DNA of 64,000 nucleotides from Eubacteriales bacterium (GTDB lineage Bacteria; Bacillota; Clostridia; Lachnospirales; Lachnospiraceae): NCBI GenBank assembly GCA_030526005.1, contig JAUNDP010000010.1, positions 8,004 to 72,003 of the forward strand, read 5' to 3'. Shown piece by piece: positions 58,450 to 64,000 of this stretch (position 1 is its first letter; each line of letters starts with the position of its first letter). The notes under the pieces were generated by a model. It saw only the letters and a program-made list of their open reading frames with translations, ran no database searches and was not told where the DNA came from. The position numbers and the translations under genes were made by a program.

Positions 58450-61400
58450 ATGAAGTGGAAACAGAACAAAATCATACGCTGGATGGTTTTGACGGCGATG
58501 CTTCTGACAGCAATGCCCATAACTGTTTTTGCACAGACGTATTCAGGAACATGTATTGTTACAGTCGGAAGCAAGGGAAATGGACAGGTTTCTCCTGAAG
58601 GAGAACTCTTTGTGTGGCCCGGAGAAAAAGTAACATTTGATGTGACGCCGCACGAGGGATATCGGGTAGCCTCTATCAGTGTAAACGGCGTGCGGCTGAC
58701 AGAAGGAGAACTGGAAAATGTGATACAGACAGGGCAGTATTCTATGACAGGGATTTATTCCAATACTTCTATGGAGGTTATATTTCAGGCGGACAATTCT
58801 TCCAGCCAGCATACCTATACGGTGTTTGGAACAGCAGCTCTGTGCGGTGCGGCACAGGAACCGACAGCAGTGTGGAATGACATGCGTGAAGCAGAGACAG
58901 GAAAGTTTGAAGCCATATATGAAGGAGTATCTGCCGGATATTATGAAATAGGTGTTTCCAAAGATCATGGATGGACAGAGATCTATGGCAAGGACGGCAC
59001 ACAGGAGCTGCTTGCTGTGGAAGTTTTAAATGATGGACAGACGCTGAAAGTCAGCTTTGATGAGACAAGCGGCGCTGTCGCAGTGGAACAGAATGAAAGC
59101 ATTATAGAGGTAGAAAGAAGTTCTTCAGATAATACAGGAGAATCTTTTGACATAGGAATGGCAACACAGGGCGAGATTTCAGAAGCTGGGAACGAGGAAT
59201 GGAAAGAGGAAGAAGTACTGGAGGAAGAGATCGCATCCGCGCAGAGCAGTCCTATGGAAATGAGAGGCAGAACAAGAGAGCGAAGTATGCCTAATAGTGT
59301 GCGGAGCATGGAGTATACAGATGATGCCGCATATCATCAGGTGATCGTTGGATATTCTGCCGGAGGAACAGTCTTTGCTCCGGAGACGGCATGGATTACA
59401 GAACAGGGAGTGATTGAAGTTCCGGAAGGTGCGCCGGCATTTTTTTCTTTTATGCCAGATCCAGGATATCAGGTCAAAGAAATTTACATCGACGGGGTGC
59501 TGCTTGGAGAAGAGGAAAAAAAGAATGCTGTCGCAGCGGGAGGATTCTACTTTGAAGATACAACAAGAGACAGAAGTATTTATGTGGAATTTGAGCCATC
59601 TGTGGAAGGATGGAATGGACAGTATAAAGTTTCCGTCTCATTTACAGGAAATGGTCTGGTGGAACCTACGCCGGGACTTGAGACGACAGAAGACGGCGTT
59701 GTATATGTGCCGCAGGGACAGAGTCTGAGTCTGTTTTTCTATCCAAATGAAGGATGTGAAGTAAAAGAAATTCTGGTGGATGGCGTAGCCGTCTCAGAAG
59801 AAGAATTAAAGTCGGCAAACAATACGAACAGTTTTACAATCTGGGGCGTATATAATGATATGAGTGTTTCGGTCGCATTTGACAAAAAAGAAGAACAGAA
59901 GAAACCATATGCGATTTCTCTGACTGCAGGTGAGGGAGGAACCATTTATACAAGTGACTGGATGCAGGGAATCACAAATGGAGAATTAAGCGTACCGGCA
60001 TCTGAGGGAGAAGAATTCAGTGTCTTTATTATCCCGGATTCCGGATGGAAGATTTCACAGATACTTGTAGATGGAGGAAGTCTTTCATCGCAGCAGTTAG
60101 AAGAAATTGCAGCGTCACAGAGTTACTATTTCGGACCTGTAAAAGGCGCTCATACCATGCAGGTTCTATTTGAAAGAGATTTTTATGAAGTCTCATTCTC
60201 AGCAAGTGTAGGGGGAAGTATTTTGCCTGTGCTTGAAATTAATGGACAGGAAAGTGGAATGATTCAGGTAGAAGCAGGGGCGGATATTCCTTTTCAGATT
60301 ATTCCTGACCAAGGATATGAGCTTGCCGGGCTGAGCATAGACGGAACAGCGGTAGGGCAGGAAGAACTGGAAGCTTTAAAGAAAGAGCTGTCCTATACAT
60401 TCTATCAGATTAATGCAGATCATCAGATTATAGCATCGTTTATGAAGAAAGAGCCGGATGAGAAAGCATATGTAGTGACTTCAAGTGCAGGAGGACATGG
60501 AGAGATTCTTCCATTTGGTCCTCAGAAGGTGACGGCAGGTCAGACTCTTTCTTTTTCTATTATACCGGATGAGGGATATGAAATAGCTGCCATTTTAATT
60601 GATGAGAAAGAAATTTCCGAGATTGCACTGCGCAGAGTGAAAGAAAAAGGAAGCTTTACTTTCCAGCCTATACAGGCAAATCATACGATAGCGGCAGTAT
60701 TTGAAGAGATTTCTGAGCAGAAAAAGACAGCTTATCAGATTTATTATCTGGATCAGGACGGTTCAGAAATTGAGGAACTGCCAGCGGCATATGAGAACGC
60801 TGCTCAGTATGTTTACGGCGAAGGAATTATCCTTCCTGTTCAGGCTCCTTATGCAAAAGAAGGATACAGTTTTGAAGGATGGTATGACAGCAAAGAGGGC
60901 GGCAATAAAGTGACAGCGATTTCATCAAAAGAAAAAGGAGATAAGTCACTGTATGCTCACTGGAAAAAAAGAGCTGCCGGATCGAGTCAGACGGAATTGA
61001 AAAATGAATGGTATGGCATTAGTGTAAATGGGTTTTTTACAGCTCTGCCTGAATTAAAAGTAGAACAGCTGCAAAGCGGGAATACAACGTATGATTCCAT
61101 GTGCAAACGTAATGAGATGGCCCAAAAAGCAGTGTTGGCAGGATATCGGCTGTCTGTCAGCGGCGGAGAGCCGGATGGCACATTGCGTGTTTCATTTTTG
61201 CTGGATGAGAGATTGAACGGGGAGACGATCACAGTTCTTCATCTGACGCCAAATGGAACATTAAAGAATGGCACAGCTACGGTGGAGGATGGAAAAATTT
61301 CCATTCAGGTCAATGAACTGGGAACTTTTATGATGGGAGCAGACGATGAGGCAGTAAGACAGGCAGGAATTACAGAATTACATGGCGTGGCAATCGAACA

Positions 61401-61521
61401 GGAAGAAGAACCAAAGAAAGACGGAATGGGTCTTATCTTGTTTGCAGCAGCGGCAGTTTTGCTTATAGGAATTTGTATCGCAGTTGGAATTATCGTAAAA
61501 AAGAAAACAGATGAAGAATAA
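58450..61521 (+). CDS. Large cell-surface protein with six divergent InlB-B-repeat-like modules, one Listeria-Bacteroides (Flg_new) repeat and a C-terminal TM anchor
   Basis: Signal peptide WMVLTAMLLTAMPITVFAQ. Modules of about 85 aa share Y.V.V....G.V.P.........G....F.I.P..GY.(V/I)..I.(V/I)(D/N)G. The segment EGYSFEGWYDSKEGGNKV is Flg_new-like. The C-terminus reads GLILFAAAAVLLIGICIAVGIIVKKK. Confidence 0.75.
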   Translation: MKWKQNKIIRWMVLTAMLLTAMPITVFAQTYSGTCIVTVGSKGNGQVSPEGELFVWPGEKVTFDVTPHEGYRVASISVNGVRLTEGELENVIQTGQYSMTGIYSNTSMEVIFQADNSSSQHTYTVFGTAALCGAAQEPTAVWNDMREAETGKFEAIYEGVSAGYYEIGVSKDHGWTEIYGKDGTQELLAVEVLNDGQTLKVSFDETSGAVAVEQNESIIEVERSSSDNTGESFDIGMATQGEISEAGNEEWKEEEVLEEEIASAQSSPMEMRGRTRERSMPNSVRSMEYTDDAAYHQVIVGYSAGGTVFAPETAWITEQGVIEVPEGAPAFFSFMPDPGYQVKEIYIDGVLLGEEEKKNAVAAGGFYFEDTTRDRSIYVEFEPSVEGWNGQYKVSVSFTGNGLVEPTPGLETTEDGVVYVPQGQSLSLFFYPNEGCEVKEILVDGVAVSEEELKSANNTNSFTIWGVYNDMSVSVAFDKKEEQKKPYAISLTAGEGGTIYTSDWMQGITNGELSVPASEGEEFSVFIIPDSGWKISQILVDGGSLSSQQLEEIAASQSYYFGPVKGAHTMQVLFERDFYEVSFSASVGGSILPVLEINGQESGMIQVEAGADIPFQIIPDQGYELAGLSIDGTAVGQEELEALKKELSYTFYQINADHQIIASFMKKEPDEKAYVVTSSAGGHGEILPFGPQKVTAGQTLSFSIIPDEGYEIAAILIDEKEISEIALRRVKEKGSFTFQPIQANHTIAAVFEEISEQKKTAYQIYYLDQDGSEIEELPAAYENAAQYVYGEGIILPVQAPYAKEGYSFEGWYDSKEGGNKVTAISSKEKGDKSLYAHWKKRAAGSSQTELKNEWYGISVNGFFTALPELKVEQLQSGNTTYDSMCKRNEMAQKAVLAGYRLSVSGGEPDGTLRVSFLLDERLNGETITVLHLTPNGTLKNGTATVEDGKISIQVNELGTFMMGADDEAVRQAGITELHGVAIEQEEEPKKDGMGLILFAAAAVLLIGICIAVGIIVKKKTDEE

Positions 61522-61526
61522 AAAAA

Positions 61527-61581
61527 CTGTCACAGAATAGAGAGTCTGAAAAGAAATCTTCTGTGACAGCTTTTCTTTTTA
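61527..61581 (+). terminator. Rho-independent terminator after the surface protein gene
   Basis: CTGTCACAGAA ... TTCTGTGACAG followed by CTTTTCTTTTT. Confidence 0.7.
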
Positions 61582-61718
61582 TGGATCAGCTTGTCAATTT
61601 GTTTGCGGTGTGATATGCTAAAAACAGCTGATAACAGCAAAGATAATCGTATTTTTTGACAGGTAATGATAAAAAGAAGACGGATACAGAAGCGTCAAAG
61701 AACAGAACAGGAGATGTA

Positions 61719-63089
61719 ATGGGAAAAAGAAAAATAAAAGCAGGGGCAGCCGCAGTCTGCATGGCAGCATGTGCTTTTTTGTTTTCAGCAGAGACATCGG
61801 TTCAGGCAGGACTTGTACTGGAGGATCTTGGAGGTTCTTTCGATCCAAAGAAAAAAGAGGATGAAAAAAAAGGAGAATATTATCAGATTTCCAGTGAGAA
61901 CGGAGAGATGACAAATATCCTGATTGAATTGTATCGCCTGCAGAGCCAGGGGTATGAGCTGGAGGGCTGGCTGGAGTTAAATGGAGATTTTTATTACAAA
62001 CAGGAAAATGAGATTTTAACTGGTCTGCAAAAGATCGGAGAAGAGATCTATTATTTTGATGAAAATGGAAAAATGGAGACGCAGTGCTGGAAAGAGGTGG
62101 GGAAAGACACCTATTTTTTTAGTGAAAGCGGAGAAGCATATCGAGAAGATAGCGTACAGATCGAAGGAACGTATTACTGTTTTGACCGAGAAGGAAGGAT
62201 GCAGAGAGAAAAGCTGCTGGTTTTGAAAGATGGGACATACTATGTGGGCAAAGACGGAGCATCTGTGAGAGACCAGTTTTTAAAACTGGACAAAGAGACA
62301 TACTATTTTGACAAGAATGGCAGAATGACGACCGGTCTGATCGCAGTGGACGGTGAAGAATATTATATGGGTTCAGACGGCGCGATGAAAACAGGATGGC
62401 AGGTGATCAATGGCAGACGATATCTTTTTCATTTACAGACAGGAAAAATGTTAAAAGGAATTAAAATCGGAGATATTGTGATTGATGAAAATGGCAGAGT
62501 CGAACTTCCGGACAGCTATGTGATTTCAATGGAAGAGATGATGCAAAATCCGGAACTTCCAACTGGATGTGAATCGGTTGCACTTACAATCGCTTTGAAC
62601 TATTATGGATTTGAGCTGGAAAAAACAACGATTGCAGATGAATATCTGGAATACAGCGATGAAAATTTTGTCTCAGCCTATGTAGGAAATCCCCATACGG
62701 AAAGTGGAGCCGGCTGTTTTGCACCTGCGATTGAAACGGCAGGAAATAAGTTTCTGGAGACAGCTGATTCTGATCTGAAGGCCGTCGATATCAGCGGGAC
62801 TTCTCTGGAGGAACTGTATTCTTATGTGGCAAACGGGACACCTGTAGTGGTATGGAACAGTATGTACATGAATGATCTGGAAAAAACAGAGCAGACGTAT
62901 GTATATCAAGGCAAGACGTATCACTGGTATCGAAAAGAACATTGCGTCGTTCTGTGCGGCTATGACAAGACAAATGGTACGGTGCTTATAAACGATCCTC
63001 TGGAAGGAATTGTGGAGCGTGATGCAGAGCGATTTGAAGAAATTTATGACCAGATGGGAAAGATGGCAGTTGTGATTCTTGCGGTATGA
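61719..63089 (+). CDS. Secreted protein with cell-wall-binding (choline-binding-type) repeats and a C-terminal C39-like cysteine peptidase domain
   Basis: Signal peptide AAAVCMAACAFLFSAETSVQA. Repeats of the form G(W).....YYF...G.M are present (GEEIYYFDENGKM, KETYYFDKNGRM, GEEYYMGSDGAM). QNPELPTGCESVALTIALNYYG resembles a Peptidase_C39_2 catalytic Cys region. Confidence 0.7.
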   Translation: MGKRKIKAGAAAVCMAACAFLFSAETSVQAGLVLEDLGGSFDPKKKEDEKKGEYYQISSENGEMTNILIELYRLQSQGYELEGWLELNGDFYYKQENEILTGLQKIGEEIYYFDENGKMETQCWKEVGKDTYFFSESGEAYREDSVQIEGTYYCFDREGRMQREKLLVLKDGTYYVGKDGASVRDQFLKLDKETYYFDKNGRMTTGLIAVDGEEYYMGSDGAMKTGWQVINGRRYLFHLQTGKMLKGIKIGDIVIDENGRVELPDSYVISMEEMMQNPELPTGCESVALTIALNYYGFELEKTTIADEYLEYSDENFVSAYVGNPHTESGAGCFAPAIETAGNKFLETADSDLKAVDISGTSLEELYSYVANGTPVVVWNSMYMNDLEKTEQTYVYQGKTYHWYRKEHCVVLCGYDKTNGTVLINDPLEGIVERDAERFEEIYDQMGKMAVVILAV

Positions 63090-63146
63090 CCGTCTTTGTG
63101 TTATAATTATAAATTATTCTTTAAATACAATAAATGAGGTAATCAG

Positions 63147-64000
63147 ATGAAATGGAATAAATTTACATTAAAAACATTGACAGAGGTAGAGGACATCGTG
63201 ATTTCCACTCTTGCAGAAGCAGGTGTGGAGGGAGTAGAAATTGAAGACAAAGTGCCTCTGACAGAATCAGATAAAAAACAGATGTTTGTCGATATTCTTC
63301 CGGACGGACCGGCAGATGACGGGATTGCATATTTAAGCTTTTATCTGGAAGAGTCCGAAGACAAAGAAGCGCTGCTGCAGAGAGTAAGAGAAGAACTGGA
63401 AGATCTGCGCAGATTTGTGGATATCGGGGAAGGAACCATTGTTGAATCTCAGACAGAGGATAAAGATTGGATTAATAACTGGAAACAGTATTTCCATCAG
63501 TTTTATGTGGATGATATTTTGATTATCCCGTCCTGGGAGAAAGTCCGCAAGGAAGATGAGAATAAGATGATTATCCATATCGATCCGGGAACTGCATTTG
63601 GTACAGGAATGCACGAGACAACACAGCTGTGTATGCGCCAGTTGAAAAAATATGTGACAGAGGAGACAGAATTATTAGACGTAGGAACAGGCAGCGGAAT
63701 TTTGTCGATTGTGGCATTGAAACTGGGGGCGAAACACGCAGTCGGAACAGATCTGGACCCATGTGCCATCTCAGCTACAAAAGAAAATTTGGAAGCAAAT
63801 GAGATTGCATCTGGCAGCATGGATGTGCTGATTGGAAATATTATTGATGACAAGGCAGTTCAGGATCAGGTAGGATATGAAAAATATGATATTGTAGCTG
63901 CAAATATTCTGGCAGACGTTCTTGTTCCTTTGACTCCGGTGATTTTAAATCAGATGAAAAAAGGTGGAATTTATATTACATCCGGTATTATTGATGAAAA
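63147..64000 (+). CDS. prmA: Ribosomal protein L11 methyltransferase, N-terminal about 284 aa (3' end lies outside the window)
   Basis: My own translation gives MKWNKFTLKTLTEVEDIV..., HIDPGTAFGTGMHETTQLC and LLDVGTGSGILSIVALKLGAKHAVGTDLDP. GAGG lies 7 nt upstream. The ORF is absent from the ORF track, apparently because it has no stop codon inside the window. Confidence 0.85.
   Translation, partial: MKWNKFTLKTLTEVEDIVISTLAEAGVEGVEIEDKVPLTESDKKQMFVDILPDGPADDGIAYLSFYLEESEDKEALLQRVREELEDLRRFVDIGEGTIVESQTEDKDWINNWKQYFHQFYVDDILIIPSWEKVRKEDENKMIIHIDPGTAFGTGMHETTQLCMRQLKKYVTEETELLDVGTGSGILSIVALKLGAKHAVGTDLDPCAISATKENLEANEIASGSMDVLIGNIIDDKAVQDQVGYEKYDIVAANILADVLVPLTPVILNQMKKGGIYITSGIIDE

Overview
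This window looks like chromosomal DNA from a spore-forming, low-to-moderate-GC Firmicute, probably Clostridia or Lachnospiraceae-like. That guess rests on spoVA, gpr, spoIIP and SASP genes, the anaerobic cbi pathway and AGGAGG-type ribosome binding sites. Almost all genes are on the + strand.

Gene order:
- spoVAC (fragment), spoVAD, spoVAEB.
- Two tandem paralogous secreted proteins with Fn3-like repeats, then a secreted YARHG-domain protein.
- A roughly 12.5 kb anaerobic cobalamin operon (cbiD-L-F-G-H, a cbiJ-E-T fusion, cbiA-B, cobD, cobQ, cbiC) behind a consensus promoter and a cobalamin riboswitch.
- A roughly 17 kb accessory block (19.7-36.9 kb).
- hemC, cobA/hemD, hemB, hemL.
- A molybdopterin-binding-domain protein, an XdhC-like protein, a PspC-domain protein and a SASP.
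- holA, rpsT (-), gpr, spoIIP, then an inserted tetR-GNAT pair (-).
- lepA, hemW, CIRCE-hrcA-grpE-dnaK-dnaJ, an inserted surface-protein pair, and the start of prmA.

The most interesting region is the accessory block. It is a type VII (T7SSb-like) secretion locus with a YukD/EsaB-like protein, an EssC-type FtsK/SpoIIIE ATPase and a WXG100 protein. I cannot recognise canonical EssA, EssB or EsaA in it. In their place it encodes:
- a stand-alone FHA protein;
- a receiver-like/MinD-like protein with a degenerate P-loop;
- a membrane Ser/Thr kinase that looks catalytically intact and has EssB-like topology;
- a 1571-aa Ig-repeat protein anchored in the membrane at both ends;
- a candidate effector module: three small helical proteins, a lipoprotein and a DUF2974-type hydrolase with a helical C-terminus.

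I recognised no rRNA, tRNA, CRISPR array, transposase or integrase. All family assignments come from reading motifs by eye, not from database searches.
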